This document shows positions 1-8,839 of a DNA stretch of 33,968 nucleotides, one piece after another. Below the pieces are notes generated by a model. That model searched no databases. It had not been told where the DNA came from and was given only the letters and a program-made list of their open reading frames with translations. This DNA comes from Verrucomicrobiaceae bacterium (lineage in GTDB: Bacteria; Verrucomicrobiota; Verrucomicrobiia; Verrucomicrobiales; Verrucomicrobiaceae), in NCBI GenBank assembly GCA_947463285.1, contig CANHTV010000001.1:1-33968 (forward strand), read 5' to 3'. Positions within the stretch are counted from its first letter, which is position 1, and the number at the start of each line of letters is the position of its first letter. The position numbers and the translations under genes are program-made.

Positions 1-347
1 AAGTTTGATGCAGGCACACTGCGTGACCCAAGTGGCGGAGTTCTGGAAAAGTCGCGGCCAAAGTCGTGACCGATAACACCTGGTCAGGCTTCCAACGCCT
101 ACCCGCCTTACCCGAAGCCGTGACCAAAGTCACCCCAGCCACAGGTTTCTCAGCGACGGCGAAGACAGTGACCTACACCTTCAATACCTCCATCCACTCC
201 ACGTCCTATGGGCTGGAAATCTACACCGGTGGAAAACTCTGGAAAAAGGTCATCCTCGCGCCATCCGCGAAGAATCCTGACGCGGTCAGACTCACGGTGA
301 GCATCAAGGATCACTCCGTCGGCAAATACTACACCTGGAGAATTTAA
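1..347 (+). CDS. 3' part of a beta-rich (Ig/Fn3-like) hypothetical protein, 5'-truncated by the window, with an apparent frameshift near 45
   Basis: Frame 1 reads KFDAGTLRDPSGGVL. Adding one G at GG 45-46 joins it to GKVAAKVVTDNTW...YYTWRI (ORF 66..347). Thr/Val/Tyr/Trp-rich strand-like composition. Confidence 0.5.
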
Positions 348-434
348 GGTCTGAACATTGACCGCCCAAAACCTGAAACCGCCGGCTGAAAGTAATCTCA
401 AAATCGCCTCTTAAACCACTAACCAACTATCTTT

Positions 435-926
435 ATGAACCGCCCCTTTCTTGTCCTCGCCACGTTTCTTCTCCTCGTCTTTTTGCTCATCGAACCTGGA
501 TCGGAATCAGCGAGCCAGGAGGGGCGCATCATGGAGATCTCTGCTCAGCAACGCCTTGGGCGATTATTCTGCCGCTAAACGAAATCAGGAAAGCTTGGCT
601 GCCAAAAGTTCAGCTTCATCTACAACTGCATCAGGCAGAAAAGGAAATCACCAAATCACGGTGAAGGATCAAAACACAGGCTTCCTTGTCGCTGCTGCCG
701 AAGTGCTGGGAGAGCATGCCGCCGCTGATGTGGCTGATTTGGATGAGTCTCTGACTCCTCCCCCACCAGATGCCCCAGAGCGGGTCCTGAAATCGTGCAG
801 CGGGTTTTGACGGACACTGATGAAAATCTGCGCCTTCATGCCGAAGCTCTGCTGAATCCGACACAAGAACTGCTGGAAAGTCTTTGTGTGGCGGGCGTTT
901 TGGAGGCTGTCTTCAAACAACCATGA
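435..926 (+). pseudogene. Frameshifted hypothetical membrane-anchored protein (~164 aa when repaired); true pseudogene or sequencing error
   Basis: ATG 435 with hydrophobic N-terminus MNRPFLVLATFLLLV. Adding one base in each of three homopolymers (T5 480-484, A3 653-655, C-run 760-776) gives a continuous ORF. Its TGA (924-926) overlaps the next ATG (ATGA). Confidence 0.55.
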
Positions 927-3121
927 ATTTCCGCCTTCTTCTAGCTGCTGCCGGCTTTGCAGCCTCAGCTTTCAGCTCAGCGCTCTCCGCGCCAAAGCCT
1001 AACATCGTTTTCTTTTTCGCCGACGATCAGACCTCTAGCTCACTGGGTTGCTACGGGCACCCCATCGCCAAAACACCGAACATCGATTCGCTGGCATCAC
1101 GCGGCACTTTGTTTAAAAACGCGTTCGTGAGCCAGCCGATCTGCTGGATGAGTCGCACGACCATCATGACGGGGCGCATCGGGCGCAGTTTTGGTGGTGG
1201 AGAAAACATGGAGAATGCCAAACCAGAAGCAGCAAAATCACTCTACTCCGATGTGCTGCGCAGTGCAGGTTATCGCACTGGTTTTTTGGGCAAATGGCAC
1301 ACGAAGCTGCCTACTGGAAATAGGCCGCAGGATCACTTTGATGTCTTTGAGGACATCCATCGCACGCCCTATTTCAAAAGGCAGCCGGACGGCAGCCTGC
1401 GTCATGAAACCGATCTCATCGTGGATCGCGGCGTTGAGTTCTTGAAGACACAGCCCCAAGACAAACCCTTTGCCCTGAATCTTTGGTTTAACGCCTGCCA
1501 CGCAGAAGACAATGACCGCCGTCCCGGCATCGGCCACTATCCCTGGCCTGAATCCGCCAATGGTCTCTATGAAGATCAGGAGATGTATCTGCCAAGGTTG
1601 AATGATCCTGCTATCTTCGAATCGCTGCCAGATTTTTTCAAAACAAGCATCACTCGCGAGCGCTACTTCTGGGGCTGGAACACGCCTGAAAAATATCAGA
1701 CGACCGTCCGCTCCTATCTTCGCATGGTCACGGGCATCGACAATGCCATCGGTCGTTTCATGAGGGCGCTCGATGAAGCCGGGCTAGCGCAGAACACCGT
1801 CGTCATTTATTCCGCCGACAATGGTTACCACATGGCTAATCGTGGACTCACAGGCAAGTGGTCTCACTTTGAAGAATCTCTGCGCGTTCCTCTCATCATT
1901 GCTGATCCCCGCGCGCTAAAATCGCAGCAGGGCCAAGTGACGGATGCTTTTGCGCTGAATCTCGATCTGCCTGCCACCTTTCTCGACTGGGCGGGGGCGC
2001 CGCCGCCTGAGGCGTATCAGGGCCGCAGCCTCAAACCCATCGTGAGCACCGGCAAGCCCGCAGACTGGCGCACTGAGACTTTTCATGAGCACTTCGCCGT
2101 GCGCAATCGCATCCCGGCCTGGGAAGGGCTGCGCGATGAGAACTTCAAATACGCCCGCTACTTTGATCATGGCGATCATGAGTTTCTCTATGATCTCAAA
2201 CAAGATCCTGATGAACTCAACAACCTAGCCACTGATGCAAAGCATCTGGCGACGCTGAAATCCATGCGTGAACGTACAGCCGCGCACGTCGAGAAAATCG
2301 GCGGTCCGCTGCCAGCGATGAAAGGCCGATTTGCCGTGTCCACAGTGCCTCATCCAGAGGCATCAGCCAATGTCGGTGAGAAACCGGATGTCGAGGGTTT
2401 TGTGCAGCTTTTTAATGGCAAAAATCTGCGTGGCTGGGCGGGCGATGATCAATACTGGTCCGTCGAAGATGGAGCCCTCACGGGCATCACGGATGGCTCG
2501 CTGAAGATGAATCGCTTCATCACATGGACGGGCTCCACGGTGCGTAATTTCGATCTTCGAGTGAAGGTGAAAGTCACTGCTGGTGGCAATAGCGGCCTGC
2601 AATATCGTGGAACTTCACGTCCAGACCTCGGGCTGGATATTGTCACGGGCTACCAGTGCGATGTCGTCGCCAACACGCCCGAATACAACGGCATGCTTTA
2701 TGAGGAGCGCGGCAGACGCATCCTCTCACACACTGGCGAAAAAGTCATCGTGGCTCCGGATGGCCAGCCATGGATCATCGGCCAGATGCCGGTCAAACAG
2801 TTCGCTCCTGATGAATGGCATGAGTATCGGGTACTCGTCGAAGGCAATCATCATCAGCATTGGATTGATGGTCATCCCACGGCGGACCTGATTGATCTCG
2901 ATGAAAAAGGTCGCGCTCTGGAAGGCGTGCTAGCCGTTCAGGTTCATGTCGGGCCTGCCATGAAAATCCAATACAAGGATTTCAAAATCAAACATCTCCC
3001 TGACAATCTGCCTTTGCTCAAAGCTGAAGATCATTCCATCCCCACAGGCTCGCTGGCAGTGAAGCCTCAAGGCAAGCTGCCGAAAGACTGGAAAAATCCT
3101 GTCTATGACGAAAGCCGCTGA
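923..3121 (+). CDS. Secreted S1 sulfatase fused to a C-terminal DUF1080 (3-keto-glycoside hydrolase-like) domain
   Basis: Signal peptide from ATG 923, then PNIVFFFADDQ, ICWMSRTTIMTG, GKWH, SADNG, GKWSHFEESLRVP and LYDLKQDPDELNNLA. The C-terminal LFNGKNLRGW...WSVEDG...GNSGLQYR...GYQCD...LAVQVH...IQYKDFKIK is typical of DUF1080. Confidence 0.9.
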   Translation: MNFRLLLAAAGFAASAFSSALSAPKPNIVFFFADDQTSSSLGCYGHPIAKTPNIDSLASRGTLFKNAFVSQPICWMSRTTIMTGRIGRSFGGGENMENAKPEAAKSLYSDVLRSAGYRTGFLGKWHTKLPTGNRPQDHFDVFEDIHRTPYFKRQPDGSLRHETDLIVDRGVEFLKTQPQDKPFALNLWFNACHAEDNDRRPGIGHYPWPESANGLYEDQEMYLPRLNDPAIFESLPDFFKTSITRERYFWGWNTPEKYQTTVRSYLRMVTGIDNAIGRFMRALDEAGLAQNTVVIYSADNGYHMANRGLTGKWSHFEESLRVPLIIADPRALKSQQGQVTDAFALNLDLPATFLDWAGAPPPEAYQGRSLKPIVSTGKPADWRTETFHEHFAVRNRIPAWEGLRDENFKYARYFDHGDHEFLYDLKQDPDELNNLATDAKHLATLKSMRERTAAHVEKIGGPLPAMKGRFAVSTVPHPEASANVGEKPDVEGFVQLFNGKNLRGWAGDDQYWSVEDGALTGITDGSLKMNRFITWTGSTVRNFDLRVKVKVTAGGNSGLQYRGTSRPDLGLDIVTGYQCDVVANTPEYNGMLYEERGRRILSHTGEKVIVAPDGQPWIIGQMPVKQFAPDEWHEYRVLVEGNHHQHWIDGHPTADLIDLDEKGRALEGVLAVQVHVGPAMKIQYKDFKIKHLPDNLPLLKAEDHSIPTGSLAVKPQGKLPKDWKNPVYDESR

Positions 3122-3224
3122 TGCCCCACTTCGTGGATTATGAAGACCCCGCCGTGCGCCTCAATGAGCGAACTGCCTCGGTTTGTCGTGAGAGAGGTCT
3201 TTTTGATTCTTCAGGGCATCTCTG

Positions 3225-3369
3225 GAGACCTCAAATTCCCAGGTAGCGCGTTGAAGCATGGGAAACGAGAGCCATGTCAAAGGGCATGACACGCTACGGC
3301 AAGACAGAAAGAGGAGGAGGACTTTTCAGCGCCATTGAACACCAGCAGGCTGTCGCAGCATTGGTTTAA
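3225..3369 (+). mobile_element. Probable IS5-family remnant (left end plus truncated transposase N-terminus)
   Basis: GAGACCTC-AAA end-like sequence at 3225. ATG 3286 encodes MTRYGKTERGGGLFSAIEHQQAVAALV* (stop 3367-3369), which resembles IS5-group transposase N-termini as recalled; not verified by search. Confidence 0.45.
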
Positions 3370-3790
3370 AACGAGCCACGCAGAGCAACCACCTGAGCAA
3401 CCTAGTTTACCAGATGGACCGCTACGCGTGCCTGGTTGGTTAAAGTCGGCGCCGAGCCCTCAAAGCCGCCCCGAGAGGCAAAGACCAGCCCTGAAAGCAC
3501 ACGCACATCGAAAAAGCTGCCCGACAAAGGCTCCATCAGCCGTCCAAAGCGTGAGATGGACGACAAAAATGACTATTTCTTTGCTGCCCTATACAACCCT
3601 AAGCCCCCCTATCCAGAGCTGCCCTTATCTCTCTTTTTGCATTTTCTTCAATGGCTTTAGATCGCCTTCTGACATGATGGATTGCCGCTATTGTCTCAGG
3701 ACTTCAAGGATTTTGCATCATGAGGCAGATCGAAACTTCAAACCTTGCACCAGCCGGCGTGGTATGGCTACAGAGCTGTAGGTTGCGCAC

Positions 3791-3823
3791 AAAAAATAAG
3801 GGGCAGACCGAGTGGTCCGCCCC
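3791..3823 (-). terminator. Intrinsic terminator of greA
   Basis: Minus strand reads GGGGCGGACC-ACTC-GGTCTGCCCC followed by TTATTTTTT, about 40 nt after the stop codon. Confidence 0.85.
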
Positions 3824-3865
3824 AAAGTGTTTCAGTTGGAGTTTTGTTCTCCTCTAAAACTTAGA

Positions 3866-5713
3866 TCAGGCTCCCGTGTTGAAAGCGCGGATGGCGGTCA
3901 CTTTCACCTGACGGGTGGCCGTGCCGTCTGTAGGTAGGTCAGCTTCTTCACCGACGGTTTTGCCGATGAGTGCCTTGGCGATTTCTGTGAGGTAGGAAAC
4001 GATGTTCTTCTCGTCGTCGCCGTCCCATGCTCCAAGGATAGTATAGGTCTCAGAGGCTCCAGTATCGGTGTAAACAACATCTACGATGGTGCCGACGCCG
4101 ACTTTATCGGTGCCGACGTTGGCGAAGTCTGTGCCACGGGCATTGCCAACTTCACGCTCGAGTTTGTCCTTCATGCGATTCAGCACCGCCTGCTGGTCAC
4201 GCGCGGCTTTGTAGCCACCATTTTCACGAAGGTCACCTTCGTCGCGGGCGATCTGGATTTCAGACTTATTGTGTGGGATCTTGACGTTCACGAGATCATC
4301 AAGCTCAGCTTTTTTCTTCTCAAGGCTGTCCCATGAAACGATGAGGCTGGTGTCTTCGCGAGAGCCTGTGTTTTCCTCCATGAGCGCCTCCATTTCTGGG
4401 CGGGCTTTGATGACGCGGGCCATGAGGGAGCGGCGGGTCAGTTCATCGAGCACCGTACTCGACATGAGACGCTTGGCGAAAAGACGCAGCGACTCATCAT
4501 CGGTGTTTTCAACAAGCTCATGAACGAGAGTCTTGTCGTCAGAGAGCTGATCAAGAAGGCGTCCAGAGCGCTTAGGACCTCCTTGAACGTGGTCATCTTC
4601 TGCTGCATCTAGGATGGCATTGCCAAGGTCGATACTGAAAACGGAAGCGGCGAGGCCTTTACGCTCACGGCAGATCCAGATCAGGAGATCTGAACTGAGA
4701 GTGCGATTACGGACGGATTTTTTGAGGAAATCCGAGAGCACTTCCAGCTCTTGGTTGTCATTCAGAACGGTGGCGATCTCAGCCACGGCGCGACCACCTG
4801 TGCGGGAGAGATGACCGAGGATCTCAGCCACCCAGACGCGTTCAGGAAAGGCCTCAGGGAAGGAACGATACATGCGGCCAAGCATGGCGACTGGCAGTCC
4901 GCCGATGTTGTCAGCGAGAAGCGGCTTGGCTTCACAGACAAGGTCAGAGACTTTCATGGAACCTAGAGGGGCCTTGGTTTCTGGGATGGAGTCGATGAGT
5001 TCATCACGCGCCAGCAGCAACTGAAGGCTTTCTTTGAGATGAAGTCTCCATGCTTTGCGGACGGTATCCGAGATGTCTTGAAAGACTGGGATCAACTCGC
5101 TGCCTGGATTTTCGAAAAGGTCGAGGTCCTTCTGGATCAGAGCCAGCGCTGTCTGTTTGCCCTTGAGGTCACGTTTGGCCAGGAAGCCTTGGACCATGAC
5201 GCCACCGGGTTTCTCGGCGGCATCACGAAGGACCAGCGGATCTTGGCGCTTGCTGGGGACGACGATATGACGTGCTGCCTTGAGGGCTTTCTTGGCGGAT
5301 TCCCACCACTTTTTGTAATCTGCTTCTGCGATGATGCGGGGCTTCAGCAAAGCTTCGAGCTGATCGAGTGACATTTTGCTGCCAGAGGACTGGAGGGCGA
5401 GCTCAACAAGGCTAACCGGAGCGCTTTTCGCCATGCCCTTCAAGGTGTCGAGATCGACGAGACGGCGGGAAAGAAGATGTTCCGCTGGGAGGATTTCTAG
5501 GCTGCTGAGGGCAAAAGAGATCTTTAAGCCATGACCAGGCTTGCCTTCGAAATCGAGGATGACACGATCACTGACGAGGTCCCACTCAGCGACCCGGCCT
5601 ACGCCCCAGCTCTTATGCAGGCAAAAGGTTCCTGGCTCCAGTGTGGAGAGTTTCTCTGCATCTGCTGTTGTCAGTTTGCCAGCATCGACCAATTTTTGTG
5701 CCTCGGAATTCAT
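3866..5713 (-). CDS. greA: Transcription elongation factor GreA/GreB family, long PVC-type form with ~450 aa N-terminal extension
   Basis: C-terminal EIQIARDEGDLRENGGYKAARDQQ and VGVGTIV...YTILGAWDGD...VSYLTEIAKALIGK are Gre motifs. Confidence 0.9.
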   Translation of the reverse strand: MNSEAQKLVDAGKLTTADAEKLSTLEPGTFCLHKSWGVGRVAEWDLVSDRVILDFEGKPGHGLKISFALSSLEILPAEHLLSRRLVDLDTLKGMAKSAPVSLVELALQSSGSKMSLDQLEALLKPRIIAEADYKKWWESAKKALKAARHIVVPSKRQDPLVLRDAAEKPGGVMVQGFLAKRDLKGKQTALALIQKDLDLFENPGSELIPVFQDISDTVRKAWRLHLKESLQLLLARDELIDSIPETKAPLGSMKVSDLVCEAKPLLADNIGGLPVAMLGRMYRSFPEAFPERVWVAEILGHLSRTGGRAVAEIATVLNDNQELEVLSDFLKKSVRNRTLSSDLLIWICRERKGLAASVFSIDLGNAILDAAEDDHVQGGPKRSGRLLDQLSDDKTLVHELVENTDDESLRLFAKRLMSSTVLDELTRRSLMARVIKARPEMEALMEENTGSREDTSLIVSWDSLEKKKAELDDLVNVKIPHNKSEIQIARDEGDLRENGGYKAARDQQAVLNRMKDKLEREVGNARGTDFANVGTDKVGVGTIVDVVYTDTGASETYTILGAWDGDDEKNIVSYLTEIAKALIGKTVGEEADLPTDGTATRQVKVTAIRAFNTGA

Positions 5714-5722
5714 GGGAAGTAG

Positions 5723-5750
5723 ATGTTAGCAGGGGGTGCGTGACTGGCAA
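5723..5750 (-). promoter_or_regulatory. Putative sigma70 promoter of greA
   Basis: Minus strand TTGCCA-N16-TAACAT with extended -10 (TGc), ending 9 nt before the ATG. Confidence 0.5.
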
Positions 5751-5858
5751 AGGAAACCTTTTGCCCCTTGCGTGGCTGCTTTTTGAAAGACTGTTTGAGG
5801 GCTGAACGCGTATTCCTGCTGCCTTTTGCGCAAGACTGGGCTTTGATCGCCAGTGTTT

Positions 5859-7217
5859 ATGGAATCTCGAACTGATCAGCCGCCGCCCCTGCCTCATGCT
5901 GCTAACTATCGTTTTTCGCGTTCGGGACTCGTGCTCGCTCTGCTGGTCATCGCAGCCTGTGCCGCCTCTGTCGTGGGCAAATCTGACGATAAACCTGAAA
6001 AGAAGGACGCATCGCTCGCTCCAAATAGCATCTTGAACCTCTCGGCGCGTTATGCGGTCGGGGTGAAAGGCCTGATGAAAATGGGTGGATCATGGAGCCC
6101 GGCTCTGACTGAGCAGATGCTCAGGGACATGAAGGCTTTGAAAACGAGTGAGGCAGATGCCCTGAGGCTGCTTCTCCTGAAAAGCTGGCTGGATGACGCA
6201 CTGCCTGATGAAGCCGCCTGGAAAAATACGGCAGCGGACAATCCATCACTAAAAACGGATGCTGCCTTGTTTCATAAGCTCATGACTTCGGCCAATGCCA
6301 TCGAAGCCAGCGAGCTGGCTAGCTTGGAAAAGCGGCATGGCTGGCTGACGCGACTCGCCAAAGTCCGGTCATTGGCTGAAACCGATCCCGCAAGGCAGGC
6401 GGTCGTGAGTCAAGGCATCAAAACAGCCGTGGTGGCCATCGTGGGCATTCTTGTCGTTCTCGTGGCTGGTGCCGTTGGCATTGCCCTTTGGCTTGTGGGC
6501 ATTCATCGTTTGCGCATGGGACAGTTACTCCGCTCACTGGAGCCGCGCAGTGGTCCAGAGGGTGGTGTGTTGATCGAAGGTTTTGCACTCTATCTGTTGC
6601 TCTTTTTAGCGCTGCCTTGGTTGCTGTCTGTTCTGCCTGTGAAACTTCCTGCCACGCTGCATTTTCTACCTCCAGTCACCGCTTGGCTTATTGGCATGTG
6701 CTGGCCGCTTTTTCGGGGGATGAGCTCTGGCACTTGGGCTCAGTGTCTGGGGCTGCACCGTGGTCAGGGCGTGTTTCGGGAGATGGGAGCTGGATTGATC
6801 GGCTGGCTGGCTGCATTACCATTGATGGCGCTGAGTGTTTTCGCCTCCACCGCCATCACGCGCTACACAGGTGATGTGCCATCACACCCGATTGTGGACT
6901 ACTTCGCGGGCAGTGATTGGACGCGATTCACGGCGGTGATCCTCGCCGTCGTCTGGGCACCTATCACTGAGGAAATCATGTTTCGCGGTTTGTTGTTTCC
7001 TGGGTTGTCGGCCAAGTCACGCTGGCTTCTGGGGCTTGTTTTGAGTGCCTTTATCTTTGCTGTCATCCACCCTCAAGGCTGGGCTGGCGTGCCTCCGATC
7101 ATGACACTGGCTGCCACTTTTTCATTACTCCGACTCTGGAGGCAGAGTCTTATCGCGCCCATGACCGCTCACGCCATCAATAACGGTTCTGTGTGTGTGG
7201 TGATGTTGTTGATGTGA
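5859..7217 (+). CDS. CPBP (CAAX/Abi) family intramembrane glutamic endopeptidase with N-terminal soluble domain
   Basis: Motifs EEIMFRG, FAVIH and HAINN; multiple hydrophobic helices. Start is ATG 5859 (GTG 5853 alternative). Confidence 0.88.
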   Translation: MESRTDQPPPLPHAANYRFSRSGLVLALLVIAACAASVVGKSDDKPEKKDASLAPNSILNLSARYAVGVKGLMKMGGSWSPALTEQMLRDMKALKTSEADALRLLLLKSWLDDALPDEAAWKNTAADNPSLKTDAALFHKLMTSANAIEASELASLEKRHGWLTRLAKVRSLAETDPARQAVVSQGIKTAVVAIVGILVVLVAGAVGIALWLVGIHRLRMGQLLRSLEPRSGPEGGVLIEGFALYLLLFLALPWLLSVLPVKLPATLHFLPPVTAWLIGMCWPLFRGMSSGTWAQCLGLHRGQGVFREMGAGLIGWLAALPLMALSVFASTAITRYTGDVPSHPIVDYFAGSDWTRFTAVILAVVWAPITEEIMFRGLLFPGLSAKSRWLLGLVLSAFIFAVIHPQGWAGVPPIMTLAATFSLLRLWRQSLIAPMTAHAINNGSVCVVMLLM

Positions 7218-7222
7218 GACCG

Positions 7223-8794
7223 TCACTTCAACTTCTCGGGTGTCAGCGGCGCTTTTTCAAAGTCTGTCGGATTTACCCAGCCTGCTTTGATCTTTTCTCC
7301 ACGCATGAATTTCTCGTAGAAGCCATCGCCACTGGTCGGAGGGTATCTGTCGAAAATTTTCCCGTTCCCGGCCATGCGTGGATCATCTTGTTGTTTGAGT
7401 TCGGCCTCCATTCGGGTTTGTAGCAACTTCACCTTTTCTTCATGCACGGATTCACCGGCGAGGTTTTGAGTGCAGTCTGAGTCCAGAGTTAAATCATAGA
7501 GCTCGTCAGCCGGACGCATGCCAAAATTCAGACGCCAGTATTTGTTGCTGCGATCTTCACGGCCCATGTCGAGAATTAGAGACTTGGACGGACTGCCGTC
7601 GGTATCGAGATAACCCGTCTCAGGGTTCCCTGCAGGCCAGCGGGTGGGCTCGTAGTTCTTCAAATAGAGCATGTCATGGGTGACGATACCGCGGATGGGG
7701 TAACCCTGATTTTGTGGCCTGCTGGTATCCGTGCGTTCTTTTCCAATCAAGGTGTGGTCACGCTCGGCGATGACCTGGCCTGTCTTGGAGCTTTCCCAAA
7801 TCTCACGCCAGCTGCGCCCGGTGATGGGCATCATGCCGCTGTCTTTTTCAGCCAAATCCGCCGCATCAAGCAGTGTTGCAGCGATGTCAATAAAGCTGAC
7901 AAAATCTTCAATCACACGTCCTGGCTTTTTTACCCCGCCCGGCCAGCGGAGTGCGAGTGGGATGTGGTTTGAATCATGGTAGGCATAACCTTTGACTCGT
8001 GGGAACGGCATCCCGTGGTCCGCGGTGACAATGATGAGCGTGTTGTCCAGCTCACCACGTTTTTCGAGCTCTGCCAGCATCAGAGCAAGGTGACGGTCTG
8101 CGTGCTCGACCTCTAAAGCATAATCAAGCATGTCGTGGCGCACGGTCTCTGTGTCTGGCCAGTAGCTGGGCACGCGATCAATGTCACTGAGCTTTTTGCC
8201 GCCTTTATTCACACCGGATTGGAATTCGTAACCGCGATGAGGCTCGGTGCATCCATACCAAAAACACCAGGGTTCGTCTTTGGGCGCATCATCCAAGAAG
8301 TCAATAAAGTTGGCGGCATAATCATTGTTCCCCATCTCCGTCGTTAGCGGTTTGGCTTTGCGCTTGTTGTATTGTTTGCCCGTGATCTGGCGTGGCTTGC
8401 CTTCGGCATTGTTGGCGACTCCCGGTCCCCAGCCTTTGCCCGTGATGCCCATGTGCCAGCCTTTCTCTGTCAGCACCTCGGGCCAGCTTTTTAGTTTGGC
8501 AGGGAAAAACGACATGTGATTCCCAGCCTCCTCATTTTGCCAGGCATGGCGTCCCGTCAGGACAATGGCCCGTGAAGGTGCGCACTTGGCCACGGGTGTG
8601 TAGGCGTTTTTGAAAAGCAGACCTTCTTTGGCGATGCGGTCAAAGGCAGGCGTCTTGACCCAGGTGGTGCCATAGACGCCGGCATGAAGCCCCCAGTCAT
8701 CAGCAATGGCAAAAAGAATGTTAGGCCGCTTATCCTCGGCCTGAGTTAGCGCAAGACAGAGCAGTGAGAGGAACGTGCCGAAAAGAATCTTCAT
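7223..8794 (-). CDS. Secreted S1 sulfatase (sulfamidase/heparan N-sulfatase-like)
   Basis: Signal peptide, [41 protein letters not shown]. Subfamily is an inference. Confidence 0.9.
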   Translation of the reverse strand: MKILFGTFLSLLCLALTQAEDKRPNILFAIADDWGLHAGVYGTTWVKTPAFDRIAKEGLLFKNAYTPVAKCAPSRAIVLTGRHAWQNEEAGNHMSFFPAKLKSWPEVLTEKGWHMGITGKGWGPGVANNAEGKPRQITGKQYNKRKAKPLTTEMGNNDYAANFIDFLDDAPKDEPWCFWYGCTEPHRGYEFQSGVNKGGKKLSDIDRVPSYWPDTETVRHDMLDYALEVEHADRHLALMLAELEKRGELDNTLIIVTADHGMPFPRVKGYAYHDSNHIPLALRWPGGVKKPGRVIEDFVSFIDIAATLLDAADLAEKDSGMMPITGRSWREIWESSKTGQVIAERDHTLIGKERTDTSRPQNQGYPIRGIVTHDMLYLKNYEPTRWPAGNPETGYLDTDGSPSKSLILDMGREDRSNKYWRLNFGMRPADELYDLTLDSDCTQNLAGESVHEEKVKLLQTRMEAELKQQDDPRMAGNGKIFDRYPPTSGDGFYEKFMRGEKIKAGWVNPTDFEKAPLTPEKLK

Positions 8795-8806
8795 GGAGCA
8801 GTCGTC

Positions 8807-8832
8807 AACGTCGCCCCAGGTCAGAATTTTCA
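8807..8832 (-). promoter_or_regulatory. Putative ECF-sigma promoter (copy A)
   Basis: Minus strand TGAAAA-N14-GA-CGTT, 12 nt upstream of ATG 8794. Confidence 0.6.
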
Positions 8833-8839
8833 GTTCATT

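Noticed and set aside
451-810. ORF-track 119 aa ORF as an independent gene
   Set aside because: Only its later part reads as protein; better explained as one segment of the frameshifted 435-926 gene.
884-922. Upstream GTG start for the first sulfatase
   Set aside because: The signal peptide begins at ATG 923, which overlaps the upstream stop codon.
3335-3781. 148 aa ORF
   Set aside because: TTG start, no motifs, unusual composition; overlaps the probable IS scar.
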